From Eledone cirrhosa (taxonomy: Eukaryota): 64,000 bases of DNA. Every line of letters begins with the position of its first letter. Position 1 is the first letter of the stretch. The notes below the pieces were generated by a model. It saw nothing but the letters and a program-made list of their open reading frames with translations, searched no databases and had not been told where the DNA came from. Below, one piece after another: positions 13,516-27,329 of this stretch. Position numbers and translations under genes: made by a program. The DNA lies in assembly GCA_964016885.1 (NCBI GenBank), contig OZ024740.1, positions 218,488,001 to 218,552,000 of the forward strand, in the 5' to 3' direction.

Positions 13516-14148
13516 TGCATCCCTTCACTTAATATTTGCAGCCAAATCTAAGAGATTGTGATTCTGTTAAAATAAACTCCACAAGATTTACTAAATCATT
13601 AGAAAATATAGAACGTTGTCTTTTTATTTTCCAAAGTCAATATTTGGTCGTATTTTTTTAGAAATATTTATTTCTTCTTCCATAGATTGATATTTCGCAG
13701 TTTCAGATGATCTCGCTTTAGTGTGAATGCAGAAATTGTTTGCTTAAACTTTTAATCTGTATTAATAATATATATGTCGTGGCTGAGTGGTTAGAGAATA
13801 CGATTCGTAATCGTGAGTTTGTGATTTCGATTCCCAGACCCGGTGATGCGTTGTGTCCTTGAGTAAGACACTTTATTTCACGTTGCTCCTTTTGCCTGGT
13901 GTTGCGACCGACAGATAGTATTAACATTTGGAAAGACCAATGAAAACATTGTTTCCTCGATCCGATTTGACGAGCTCCACCCAGCTCGTTAAGCGAATGA
14001 GATCTGGGATCTTGTCAATAGACTATCGATCGATATCGTGGCTTTCAAACTTCAAATTATATATATATATATATATATATATAGGGAATACTGTTAGCTT
14101 CTCGCTACAACAATTTCTATACTTTTCATTTATATATATATATATATA

Positions 14149-14450
14149 TATATTATAATTGAATATAAAAGAAAAACGAACACAGATATATACATATATG
14201 TGTTCAAATTGCAAGGGACCACATTCGCTAAGGTGAAAAGAATACTAACTATAGACAATAGGGTTTGCTTGTCTCAATTTTAAGAATAAATCAAGAAAAT
14301 TGAGTCAGGCAAACCCTATTGTCTATTGTCTATAGTCTATTGTCTATAGTTAGTATTCTTTTCACCTTAGCGAATTTGGTCCCTTGCGATTTGAACACAT
14401 ATATGTATATATCTGTGTTCGTTTTTCTTTTATATTCAATTATAATATAT
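14149..14450. repeat. About 300-bp fold-back palindrome between (TA)n tracts
   Basis: 14149-14281 is the reverse complement of 14297-14450 apart from short CTATTGT/CTATAGT duplications. No hammerhead core found. Confidence 0.9.
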
Positions 14451-14607
14451 GGCTCGGAAAAATTCTCTTTCTTAGAGCTATTTTATTGTAAGAGACTATT
14501 TTGAGTTTCTAACTCAATATATACCTTTGATATATATATATATATAAATTCAACGAGAAGCGCATTTCGGCGGGTAGAAAAAGCGAAACGAAACGCAAAA
14601 ATCAGAA

Positions 14608-16462
14608 ATAATGGTTTCTTTATAGGCACAAGGTCAGTAATTTGGGGAGAGGGGAAAGTCGATTAAATCGACCCCAGTGCGTGACTGGTACTTTATTTTA
14701 TCGACCCCATAAGGATGAAAGGCAAAGTTAACCTCGGCGGGATTTGAGCTCAGATCATAAAGAGCCGTAACTCTATGCTGCAAAGCATGGCGTCCGACCC
14801 TCAACCGATACTGAGAAATAATGCTGGCCAGCCATAGTTAAAAAACCAGAGCTAAACAATATGTTAAAAGGCCATACAAAACTGAAAAAGTGGTCAAGAA
14901 AGCATCAACCACCTAAGCCAAAAAGCAAATCAAGCTAAACAGGTCAAAACAAAATGAATGATAATATATATATATAATTTAATTTTGTAATCATTAATAA
15001 ATAATTATCTACTTTTGGCACAAGGCCAGTAATTATCCTAGTGCATTACTGGTGCTTTATTTTATTGACCCCGTAAGGATGAAAGGCAAATTTAACCCCG
15101 GCAGGATTGAACTCAGGCCGTAAAGGGCCGTAACTCTATGTTACTAAGCATGGAGTCCGACCCTCTACCGATACTGCCAACCCATTAATAAAAAATAATT
15201 GTTTCTACTTTTGGCACAAGGCCAGCAATTATCCCAGTGCATTACTAGTATTTTATTTTATCGACCCCGTAAGGATGAAAGGCAAAGTTAACCTCGGCGG
15301 GATTGAACTCAGATCGTAAAGGGCCGTAACTCTATTCTGCAAAGCGTGGTGTCCGACCCTCCACCGATACTGCCAATAAATAATAATTGTTTCTACTTTT
15401 GGCACAAGGCCAGCAATTACCTAGTGTATTACTGGTACTTTATTTTATCGACATAATGTATAATCATTTAAAACATTTTTACCCGAATTTTTTTCAGCAG
15501 GTGAATTTTATATAACTTACGGCCTTAGCAGGTGAAAGTCCGGCCCTCTCCTTTTACCATTCTTGGGGAACCTGCAAATGTCATGGTCACTACACTTCCC
15601 GCCATTACTAAATGGAAAAAGAAAAAAGAATGGTTTGGGGTTGTATAAAGTAACTCCAGTCACTTGCTATTAAGAACAAAATGTTTATTAATGAAATCGT
15701 GATCTGTAAACACGTAATGGTTTGTGTTACTAATCACAGACAGTTACATTGTATTATATAATTACTTTAAATTAATTAATGCTGATTTTCTTCAGTTCGC
15801 TATTTAATGTAACTTGGCAAATTCAAATCAGCGAGAAACACGAGTCGGCGAAGGCATCGTTACGTGGTCGATTGACTTGCACGAAATAGCAGCCAATCTC
15901 CCTCAAATCATAGCCTGCCGTTTTAAATTAACAAAATGTCTCTTTTAATAATTGTTTCTACTTTTGATACAAGGTCAGCAATAATCCCAGTGCATTACTG
16001 GTACTTTATTTGATCGACCCCGTAAAGATGAAAGGCAAAGTTAACCTCGGTGGGATTTGAATTCAGAACGTAAAGGGCCGTAACTCTATGCCGCAAAGCA
16101 TGTCGTCCGATACTGCCAATCCACCGTTCTACTCTTTTTAATAATGTAGTTCTCTTAGATAGCTCTTGTCTACATCTCTATCACATCTATACATGACACT
16201 GTTGCAATATCAGAGCAAGCGTTACTAAGATTGAAACATGGCCGGGATTATAACTGTGTTTGTCAGCTAAACTCACATCCCAAATAATTGTTTCTACTTT
16301 TGGCACAAAGCCAGCAATTATCCCAGTGCATTACTGGTACTTTATTTTATCGACCTCGTAAGGATGAAAGGCAAAGTTAACCTCGGCGGGCTTTCAACTC
16401 TGATCATAAAGGGCCGTAACTCTATGCTGCTAAGCATGGCATCCGACCCTCTACCGATAAGC
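14608..16462 (-). mobile_element. Cluster of at least six same-orientation tRNA-derived SINEs with Meta-like central domain
   Basis: Copies at about 14608-14813, 15003-15180, 15197-15376, 15385-15452, 15948-16126 and 16284-16460. Sense strand has A box TGGCAGTATCGG, B box GTTCAAATCC, body GCCTTTCATCCTTACGGGGTCGATAAAATAAAGTACCAG and tail GTAGAAACAATTA. Confidence 0.88.
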
Positions 16463-16903
16463 CAATGCATAGGGGGTGGTTGGAATAAGCGGTAGGGTTG
16501 AATATTTGCTTAAATTCTTGTAAGCGGAGGGTGGTTGGAATAAACGGCTGGAGTTGGGAATTCGGTAATAGTGTAGTGTACGCTCATACATATGGGATTC
16601 CTTGTAATGTTCTTTTTTTGTCATATATATAATGTTTGTTTTTTTTAATGTAAAATAAAATTATTAGATTCTCCAGCTGCTGTATCGATATGAATCACTT
16701 ACAATAAACTTTCGCCGGAGAGAGGGGGCGGAGGCATTATTCAAAACCTGAGAGTACCCATTTCATTTTCATTAATTAGAATTTTATAGTTTTAGCTTTG
16801 ACATCTTTTAACATTTGTCATCAAGCCTGTTTCCCGCGATTCGATGCAATCGGAAATTTAGTTAATTTAAATTTGCTCACTACATTAAGTTATTTACAGT
16901 TCC

Positions 16904-16974
<71 letters not shown>

Positions 16975-17293
16975 CTAGCTATCTATCTATCTATCTGCTT
17001 CGCATCTATGTGTCTGTATTTTTATTTCTCTTTATATATTTATACGTGCGTTTCAGTGCGTGAATGAGTTTACGTTCGTAAGATTGTGCAGAAAACAATT
17101 TTTCATTTTTCATAGAAAGCTATAGCAAAGCATTGGTGAAATATAATCATAATTCGGAATGTCACTGTAATAAATGCCAAATAACATCTCTCTCGTGTTT
17201 TCTTAACAACTTTAAAAATGGGTGTTTTACCCGAAATATATCAGGACAAATTAAATATTTCTAGGGCAACCTTTTTAAATTTTAGACACACAT

Positions 17294-17344
<51 letters not shown>

Positions 17345-17551
17345 CAATTTATGTCATCCTATTGCACTTATAAATTAGACTAAAGCTCTATTTTTCTTGT
17401 CAATGACAATACATCTATCAATGATATCTCCCAGTTCCTGGTATGCCTCTTACCTCAACTCACATTTTAATTCTCACGTACTCTTTCCCTATAGTTACAT
17501 GTGACAGATAAACACCTCTTCCTTCCATTCCCATCTATTCTACTTTTCCCA

Positions 17552-17611
<60 letters not shown>

Positions 17612-17615
<4 letters not shown>

Positions 17616-17702
17616 CGGAGAAAATGTGGTAAGGAACCATTTAGTCCAGAATTAGCCGTCGAAACGGCTTGAGCTCAGCCGTCGGGGTCCTACTCGTTCC
17701 TA
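17612..17702 (+). mobile_element. Mini-insertion of the 27318-29928 PLE family: inverted terminus joined to the 3' half of the hammerhead
   Basis: AACGGAGAAAATGTGGTAAGGAACCA matches the reverse complement of about 29902-29927; CATTTAGTCCAGAATTAGCCGTCGAAACGG..GGGGTCCTACT matches about 29784-29847. Confidence 0.88.
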
Positions 17703-17873
17703 TATATATATATATATTCCTTATATCTTTAGGTTTGTTGGTTCACCACTGGATAGAACTGGTCATTCCGTATGGTCAATCCTGGTGTAATATTGTGAAG
17801 GGTACTCAACGCAGTGCAGTTCACCCATCTTCGTTTGTGCAGTTGGTGGTGCGAATACGGAGTTAATTATAAA

Positions 17874-18236
17874 TGGTGTAAATCCTTGAAAGGTTTATTA
17901 TACTATGATCATTTCAATGACCGGGTTCCATATGAATCCGGTGATATCAGGTATTGGAATATAACAAAGGAATATGTAAAAAGCCATGGGTCCGAGAAAC
18001 CAAAGACAGAAAGGACGGCTGACCAACTAGCTTCGCAGCCAGCCGCCCTCAAAGTCTTTGAGGGCGGCTGACTGCGAAGCTAGTTGGTCAGCCGTCCTTT
18101 CTGTCTTTGGTTTCTCGGACCCATGGCTTTTTACATATTCCTTTGTTATATTCCAATACCTGATATCACCGGATTCATATGGAACCCGGTCATTGAAATG
18201 ATCATAGTATAATAAACCTTTCAAGGATTTACACCA
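17874..18236. repeat. Near-perfect 363-bp palindrome (1-nt loop at 18055), pLTR-derived
   Basis: Arms are reverse complements (the same peptide appears in ORFs on both strands). Each arm carries a hammerhead-like motif. Confidence 0.95.
18156..18210 (+). ncRNA. Hammerhead-like motif with altered CUGANGA box; mirror copy at 17900-17954 on the minus strand
   Basis: ATAC CTGATAT CACCGGATTCATATGGAACCCGGTCATT GAAA TGATCA TA GTAT: stem I ATAC/GTAT, palindromic ATGATCAT. Confidence 0.6.
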
Positions 18237-18265
18237 GTCCAGCCTCCTGTTATTTCATTTATATT

Positions 18266-18305
<40 letters not shown>

Positions 18306-18451
18306 ATACTTTGGGAGGGTCATGTTGCCAATAAGAAACACACGCACCAGTTGCTTTCACTTCAATTTATAATAATAAATTTATAAATTGAGGAATTTAT
18401 AAATTTCCGGTTGGTTGGTTGGTTCCACAACCGGATGGTTGTTTATGTAGT

Positions 18452-18494
18452 GTCAAAGTTCTTTCGTCACACATTCTGTGACCTATTCAGTGAC
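18452..18494 (-). ncRNA. Hammerhead motif with mutated core (CTGAATA), same family as 34432
   Basis: Minus strand GTCA CTGAATA GGTCACAGAATGTGTGAC GAAA GAAC TT TGAC. Confidence 0.65.
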
Positions 18495-18539
18495 TGGGGA
18501 TTCTTTTCTTTGTTTTTGTGCCTCTCCTTTGTTCTGTCC

Positions 18540-18866
18540 TATATATATATATATATATATATTCCTTATATATATATATTCCTTATATATATATATATAT
18601 ATTCCTTATATATATATATATATTCCTTATATATATATATATATATTCCTTATATATATATATATTCCTTATATATATATATATATTCCTTATATATATA
18701 TATATATATATTCCTTATATATATATATATTCCTTATATATATATATATTCCTTACATATATATATATATATTCCTTATATATATATATATATATATTCC
18801 TTATATTTATATATATTCCTTATATATATATATATATATATATATTCCTTATATATATATATATAT
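18540..18866 (+). repeat. Compound microsatellite [(AT)n TCCTT]n
   Basis: About 14 ATTCCTTA units separated by variable (TA)n. Confidence 0.92.
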
Positions 18867-18966
18867 TGTCCTTTGACAGAATCTTACTTCCACACTATCT
18901 CCTTAGCGTGACAGCGCACAAAATAGCTAAGCTCATTATTATATATGGATTAAGTATATATATATG

Positions 18967-19142
<176 letters not shown>

Positions 19143-19144
19143 TG

Positions 19145-19524
<380 letters not shown>

Positions 19525-19530
19525 TATACA

Positions 19531-19608
<78 letters not shown>

Positions 19609-19643
19609 CATATATATATAGATATATATATATATATATATAG

Positions 19644-19732
<89 letters not shown>

Positions 19733-19733
19733 C

Positions 19734-19841
<108 letters not shown>

Positions 19842-20220
19842 GCGCCTGGTTAGGTAGGTAGGCGAACAGGTAGATAAGTAGTTACATAGGTAGCAATAGA
19901 GGAATGAGGTAATTCAAGAATTGTTTATGGATGGGTGGAGTGTATGTGTGTGTGAGAGAGAGAGAAAGTGTAGTTACATTTCTTTCGGTCGTTCCTATGG
20001 AGACATTCATATTAGATTAAGTCATTCGGTACTAAGTTTGCGCGCAAAGGCAATTGTTTTTTTATATACAAAATGTGTACAGGACTAAAAAAATGCTTTC
20101 ATTTAGCATTGCGTGTATTTGTGTGTACATATATGTGTGCGTGTGTATGTGGTTATATATGTGTGTGTATGTGTGTTTGTGTGCATACATATGTGTGTGT
20201 GTGTGTGTGTGTGTGCGTGC

Positions 20221-20274
<54 letters not shown>

Positions 20275-20912
20275 GTATGTATGTATGTGTGTGTGTGGGT
20301 GTCTGTGTATGTGTGTCGATATATATGTAAGTATTTATACTTCATATATTTGTATGTATGTGTATGTATGCTTGTGCTTATTCATAAATCTATTATGCAT
20401 GTTTACATATCTTTTGTATATTATTACGCAGAGTTTTTTTGTTGTCTTTTCTGCATACAGGCGTAAAATCAATCAGCCATGTCTGCCTTTATTTAGCTAA
20501 CAAGACAAATTTCAATTGTTGCGTTATTTTTCTTTATGTTCGTATGTTTTCCTTTGAATACTTGTTACTTTACGTTCGTACTTTTTTCCTTTTTAATATC
20601 TTGATATCATTTGACAAAATAGACAGATATAGTCAGATTGTATATTCATAAACGACAATGAATGTCTATTCAAATGCGAAGAGCAAGATAGTTTTGTTTT
20701 AAACATGCAAGATTTCAAATATTCGGCTTGTATTTGGTGTATTAGACTGATATCATAGTTATGTTAATTTTGTTTGTCTTTGTTGTTTTTTATGATAGCA
20801 GTCGATGTGTTTTACATTTCAGAGGTGGCTGGTTAACAGTTCGATTACAGTGTCCGGACATAAAGTTTGTTTCGTCGCGTGTGACTATGGCTTTGTTTGG
20901 ATTATCTTAGTA

Positions 20913-21084
<172 letters not shown>

Positions 21085-21104
21085 ATGTATATATGTGTAT
21101 ATAT

Positions 21105-21136
<32 letters not shown>

Positions 21137-21229
21137 GTGTATATATGTGTATGTGTATATATGTGTGTATATATATATGTGTGTGCGTGTATGTGTGTAT
21201 GTATATATATATATATGTGTGTGTATATA

Positions 21230-21270
<41 letters not shown>

Positions 21271-21705
21271 GTATATGTGTATATATATATGTATATGTGT
21301 ATATATATATATGTGTATGTATATATATGTGTATATATATATATGTATATATATGTGTATATATGTATATGTGTATATATATATATGTATATGTGTATAT
21401 ATATATATGTATATGTGTATATATATATATGTATATGTGTATGTATATGTGTATATATATATATGTATATGTGTATGTATATGTGTGTGTATATATATAT
21501 ATGTATATGTTTATGTATATGTGTATATGTGTATGTATATGTGTATATATATGTATATGTGTATATATATATATATATATGTCTGTGTATGTATATGTGT
21601 ATATATATATATATATGTATGTGTATGTATATGTGTATATCTATATATGTATGTGTATGTATATGTGTATATATATATATGTATGTATATGTGTATATAT
21701 ATGTA

Positions 21706-21746
<41 letters not shown>

Positions 21747-22049
21747 ATGTATATGTATATATATATATGTGTATGTATATGTATATGTATATATATATAT
21801 ATGTATATGTGTATGTATATGTGTATATATATATATGTGTGTGTATGTGTATATATATGTGTATATATATGTATATATATATATGTGTATATATATGTAT
21901 ATGTATATATATGTATATATGTATATGTATATATATGTATATGTATATATATATATGCATATGTGTGTATATGTATATATATATATACATGTATATATAT
22001 GTATATGTGTGTCTGTATGTTTTTGTTTGTTTGTAAGTGTACTTATGTG

Positions 22050-22112
<63 letters not shown>

Positions 22113-22117
<5 letters not shown>

Positions 22118-22192
22118 CCTACTCTACTACCCAAAGTATCGAGTACTCTGGTGCGTTATGGTCCACCAGGTATTTTACCACATCCTCTTTGT

Positions 22193-22196
<4 letters not shown>
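22113..22196 (+). mobile_element. 3' tip of pLTR, relative of the 29848-29928 family, inside (TA)n
   Basis: ACTCTACTACCCAAAGTATCGAGTACTCTGGTGCGTTATGGTCCAC is near-identical to about 29856-29900. Confidence 0.85.
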
Positions 22197-22223
<27 letters not shown>

Positions 22224-23425
22224 GGTGTCCCCCAAAAATGTATACACACTTCAACGGCATTCTATTAAATATGTGAATACGTTATTGTGTGACAACCTGT
22301 ATGTGTTTATTCATAAATCTATTATGCATGTTGACATATCTTTTGTATGCTATAAGGCAGCATTTTTTGTTGTATGTGTGAGTCTGTGTGTGTGTGTGTG
22401 TGTGTGTGTGAGTCTATGTGTGTGTGTGTGTGAGTCTATGTTTGTGTGTGTTATAATAGAACTGGAGTACCTATCATTAAAACACTTTAGAGGAAACTTC
22501 TTATGAGCTTACAAAAATATAAGGATCGTAACATCTACATATGTGTGTATTAAAGACACAAGTGAAGGCGCATGGCTTAGTGGTTAGAGCATTGGGCTTG
22601 CAATCGAAAGGTTGTGAGTTCAATTCTCGGACCGGGTGATGTGTTGTTTCCTTGAGCAAGACACTTTATTTCACGTTGCTCCAGTTTACTCAGCTGTAGA
22701 AATGAGATGATAGGACTGGTGTCCCTATCATTAAATCACCCAAAACACGTCCAACGAGATATACCTTGGTGGAGGCCAGCTAAACCTGCATAGGGGTGAG
22801 CTGTCACACACACATTAAAAACACTAGTATGTTCTAGATTTGTCTTTTTTTTTCATCAAGATCTTTTCCTATTTTCGTATAATGAGTTTCTCATTATTTA
22901 CTTTGGACAGTCAACGATTTTGACCTTCATAGTCTCATATTCCAGATGTAGTGATTCTAGCGTATGTTGCTGCCAATGAAATGCTAGAATATCAATATTT
23001 GTATTTGATAGTTAGATATGTCATCAGGCAGGTGTTTATTTTCTTTTATTTTTATTTTGTTATTCTATGTTCACTGTGTTTATTTTAGCATTGTTCTGTG
23101 TTATGAGTATTGCTGCCCTTCTTCTTCTTCTTCTTCTTCTTTTTTCTTTTTCTTCTTTTTTTTTCTTTTTTTTCTTCTTTTTTCTTTTTCTCTTTCTTTT
23201 TCTCTTTCTTTTTCTTTTTCTTTTTCTTCTTCCGTGGCTTTTTTTTGTGGACTTTCTCCACGAGTAACCCTCGGAAGTCTTCCAATTGGAGAATTATTTC
23301 TTGTTTCTTTTTTGTTACATCCTATGTTTTTTTTTTGTTTTTTACACGCAGAAATGCCCGTTTGTACTGTCTTGTACTGTCCTAATGTTATACTTTGTGT
23401 TAACCCTTGTGGTTAATAAAGAAAG

Positions 23426-23426
<1 letters not shown>

Positions 23427-23465
<39 letters not shown>

Positions 23466-23795
23466 TACATCTGTTACCGATACCATGAAGAAGTTCCTCC
23501 ATCAGCTCACCCTCTCATTCTATCTAGAATTGCAGTCTGAATTTCCCCTGCCTCCAGCCCGGTGTCATCTTCCTCCCAGAACATCCGTCTGTGTTGTGGT
23601 TGGTCTGCTAACTCATCTGCACTCACCAGGTTTCCAGAAAAGAACTCTGCCAGTAGGTTCGCTGTGACGTTTCACATGTCCGGCTAATACGAACCTCATA
23701 CGCCTTATGGTGTCAGAAAGGTGAAGGTGTGAGCCATCAAGTGATTTCTTTGCTATGTGTGTTCTCCAGGATATGTTCGTGACCTTTCTCAGCTG
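23427..23795 (-). mobile_element. 3' end of an RTE/RTE-X-like LINE with (AAT)n tail
   Basis: Minus translation LRKVTNISWRTH..IRRMRFVLAGHVKRHSEP..VLFWKP; (TTA)n at 23427-23465. A related fragment lies at about 63617-63690. Confidence 0.75.
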
Positions 23796-25670
23796 AGAAG
23801 GGTCAAGAACATTCCGTTATTAGTTGTCTATTATTATGGGAAATTATGTATAGTATAAACATAATGTTCGTGGGGTTATTGTTTTACTTCCATGAATGTT
23901 ACATACTGTAATACTAAGACCAAGGCTTCGCTAACACCATGACAAAGCTAAGAAATTTATTGTCAAATTTCAAGCCATCTGATCAGATGGAGGGGATTTG
24001 CTTGGATGTTCATCAACCTGCTAGAAATAGCAACCGAATTTCCTCCCTCAAAACACAACCACTATCTTTAAAAAGTAAGGGAAGGACACTTTAGATAATG
24101 TACTAATTAAATACCAATAAATACCCATATATGGTCACGACTGCATTACATTTGATCATATATACTGGGTCTGAATAATAACACTAATATAGTCTCACTC
24201 TAGTAGCATGTTATAACGAAGTTTCTTCAATTAATTATTCTCTCAGAGATTAATTTGTTGATTAATTTGTTAAATTTGATTTTTCATTTTATTCTATATT
24301 TTTTTCTCTATTTTTTATTATTTTTTTTTTTAATTTTGTGTATTTTTGTTTTAAATTTTTCCATTTTATTTGTTATTGTTATTTCAAAGTATAATAAAAG
24401 GACTGCCAGCTTCTTTTGAAGACATCTTTGTAGTTGAATTTTGAATAAAAAAAAAATCGATTAGTAATACATTTAATTGTTAATGAGCTAAGAAAACAAC
24501 AACAAAAACACATGTGTTTATTAGAATTGTAAAAATAAAATATAACTTGTTGGGGCGAAATAGCTGAGTGGTTAAAGCATTAGACTGCAATACTTTAAGA
24601 GTTCGAATTTCCTATGGTTTCGTTTCCCTTGTTTAGGTCCTATGTCGGTCATGTTTATATTTTTCTTTATTGTTTAGTTACGACGAGAAAGTCAGTGTCC
24701 AGACTCGGGAGAGGAGGGGTGGTTCTGAGACTGTTGAGAGAGAGGGAGAAAGGTATCAGACTAGAAGGTGGTGAAGTTAATCTAAACTTTTGAATTATGT
24801 CGAAAGGATGAGAGGCAAAATGGGTCTCGGCGGGATTTAAACTCAGAACGCAAAAATCTTGAACGAATAGAACAAAACATTCTATCCGACGTTCTAACAG
24901 CTCTATCAATTTGTTGCCTCTTGTAAAAATATAACATATTAATGTAAACATGTATAGTTTAGTTTATTTCAATGTCTAACTAATACTTATATTGATATTT
25001 TTCTACTATAAAAAGCATATCTATTTACGATTCTTCTTACTACGTAAAAAAGAAAGAAATTAAATTGAATTCTAGACAGCAGACGAGGAAGAAAGTATTT
25101 GTAAATATACTGTTTTCATAAGTAATATTCCCAAATAGATTTATTGGCAATTTTCATAAATTTATCTCCTCACCCCCACCGAATTGGCAGAGTCGTTAGA
25201 ACTTCGGATAGAATATTCTGGGCTATTAGTTCAAATCCACCATGGTTAACTTTGCTTTTCTTCCTTCCGAAGTCGATAAAATGTACCAGGTCAGCACTAG
25301 GGTCGATTCTCTTTCTCTCTCTCTCAGAGATCGGCTGTGTTCAGATATGGAAAGGAGATGGGCTCCGACAACTATATCAGAAGTTACGGTTTTATACATC
25401 TTCCACCCCGCCATTTTTTTTTTATTAACTGTACTCAGAAGCTCAAGCTAAGTGAATTTACATCGGATAAATATAATAAATTGTAAGTTTTTTTATTATT
25501 TTAATTCGTGATTATATTTTGACATTATTTCGTTGAAAAACAAACATTGTTTTGTCGAATTATAGCCTGTGTTAGAAATATCCATTTAGTCATTGTTTTA
25601 TAACGGATCGCTGGCTCGTCGATTAGATATATTGAAACAGACGTGTTCTTGTTTCATTTTTTCCATATAC

Positions 25671-25711
<41 letters not shown>

Positions 25712-25713
25712 AT

Positions 25714-25747
<34 letters not shown>

Positions 25748-26890
25748 TCTCACCCCGAACCCGAACTACACAAATCAGGTGCTAGGGTGTCAGGCACATT
25801 ATTCTGTTAGCAACGGTACAACGGTATATTTATATTATTTTTGTTGTTAATGTTATTATTGTTGTTATTATTTCATTGAGAATAATTTCTAACTACTTTC
25901 GAATTCCAATATATTTGGTTTTTTATTATTCCTTCTGGTGATTATCTCTCTCCTTTTCTTTCTTCCTTTCTTTCTTAATGTTGTTGTTATTGTTGTTGTT
26001 GTTTTAGAAATATCTCTCTCAAAATCATTTGGCTATGTGGGAATCTTAATTATATTGTTTTGTAGCTTTTCATATCATTATATACTACATTTTTGTGTGT
26101 CTTCTTTTATTGTTATGGCACCTCATAACCATTATTTATAATGATGGTTTTCAATTGTATAAACCTGATTTTTATTATTTGAGGTAGATATGTCGCTAAG
26201 TTCAACATTTCTATTTATAGAATTTCTTTACTTTTCCATGCAATATATAATATGTATGTATATATATATATATATATATGTATGTATATATATATGTATA
26301 TATATGTATATATATATATGTATATATATGTATATATATGTATATATATGTATATATATATATGTATATATATGTATATATATGTATATATATATATGTA
26401 TATATATGTATATATATATGTATATATATATATGTATATATGTATATATATATATGTATATATATATATGTATATATATATATGTATATATATATATGTG
26501 TATATATATATGTATGTATATATATATATATATATGTGTATATATATATGTGTATATATATATATGTATATATATATATATGTGTATATATATATGTGTA
26601 TATATATATGTGTATATATATATGTGTATATATATATATGTATATATATATGTGTATATATATATGTATGTATATATATATATATATGTGTGTGTGTGTA
26701 TGTATATGTATATAAGTATATATATATATATGTGTGTGTGTGTATGTATATGTATATATGTATATATATATTAATAAGAGGAATTCCAACTTTGTCTGAT
26801 TTACTCGTTTTATTTACAATCCTTTAAAATATATATAATATGGTATTATAATGAAATAGTATGATAGAATATTAAATTCTAAGTGTTAAT

Positions 26891-26929
26891 TGAACAAGTA
26901 CTTTCATGCTTTCGCAATCTTCAGGTTCA
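26891..26929 (-). ncRNA. Minimal type I hammerhead (39 nt)
   Basis: Minus strand TGAAC CTGAAGA TTGCGAAAGCAT GAAA GTAC TT GTTCA: GNRA-capped stem II, palindromic AGTACT stem III. Confidence 0.88.
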
Positions 26930-27009
26930 TGATATGTGGTGACAGTCGAGTTTGCAATTTTCAACTGTTGACAGTTGAAAATTGCAAACTCGACTGTCAC
27001 CACATATCA

Positions 27010-27059
27010 TGAACCTGAAGATTGCGAAAGCATTGCGAAAGCATGAAAGTACTTGTTCA
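27010..27059 (+). ncRNA. Hammerhead, mirror of 26891-26929 with an 11-nt duplication in stem II
   Basis: TGAAC CTGAAGA TTGCGAAAGCATTGCGAAAGCAT GAAA GTAC TT GTTCA. Confidence 0.8.
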
Positions 27060-27256
27060 ATTAACACTTAGAATTTAATATTCTATCATACTATTTCATT
27101 ATAATACCATATTATATATATTTTAAAGGATTGTAAATAAAACGAGTAAATCAGACAAAGTTGGAATTCCTCTTATTAATATAATCTTCTATACACAATC
27201 ATACACACCCGTGTATTTTTACCTATCTATATCTATATGTATATATATATACACAC

Positions 27257-27317
<61 letters not shown>

Positions 27318-27329
27318 GGAACGAGTAGG

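Larger units (their letters stand above)
26769..27182. repeat. About 410-bp palindrome with a hammerhead in each arm
   Basis: Centre near 26969 (CAACTGT TG ACAGTTG); arms match apart from an 11-nt duplication. Confidence 0.95.

Noticed and set aside
13776-13840. tRNA gene-like sequences (also 22563, 24552, 48571)
   Set aside because: A/B boxes are mostly followed by SINE bodies and there is no intact cloverleaf; these are SINE heads.
17328-17346. (CG)n run after (CT)n, and (TACG)n within (TACA)n at 38567-38607
   Set aside because: Ordinary microsatellite variants; Z-DNA potential alone is not evidence of function.
20590-20910. Cluster of AGAC/GTCT and ACAA motifs as a possible enhancer
   Set aside because: Short motifs are expected by chance; cannot be supported without conservation or chromatin data.
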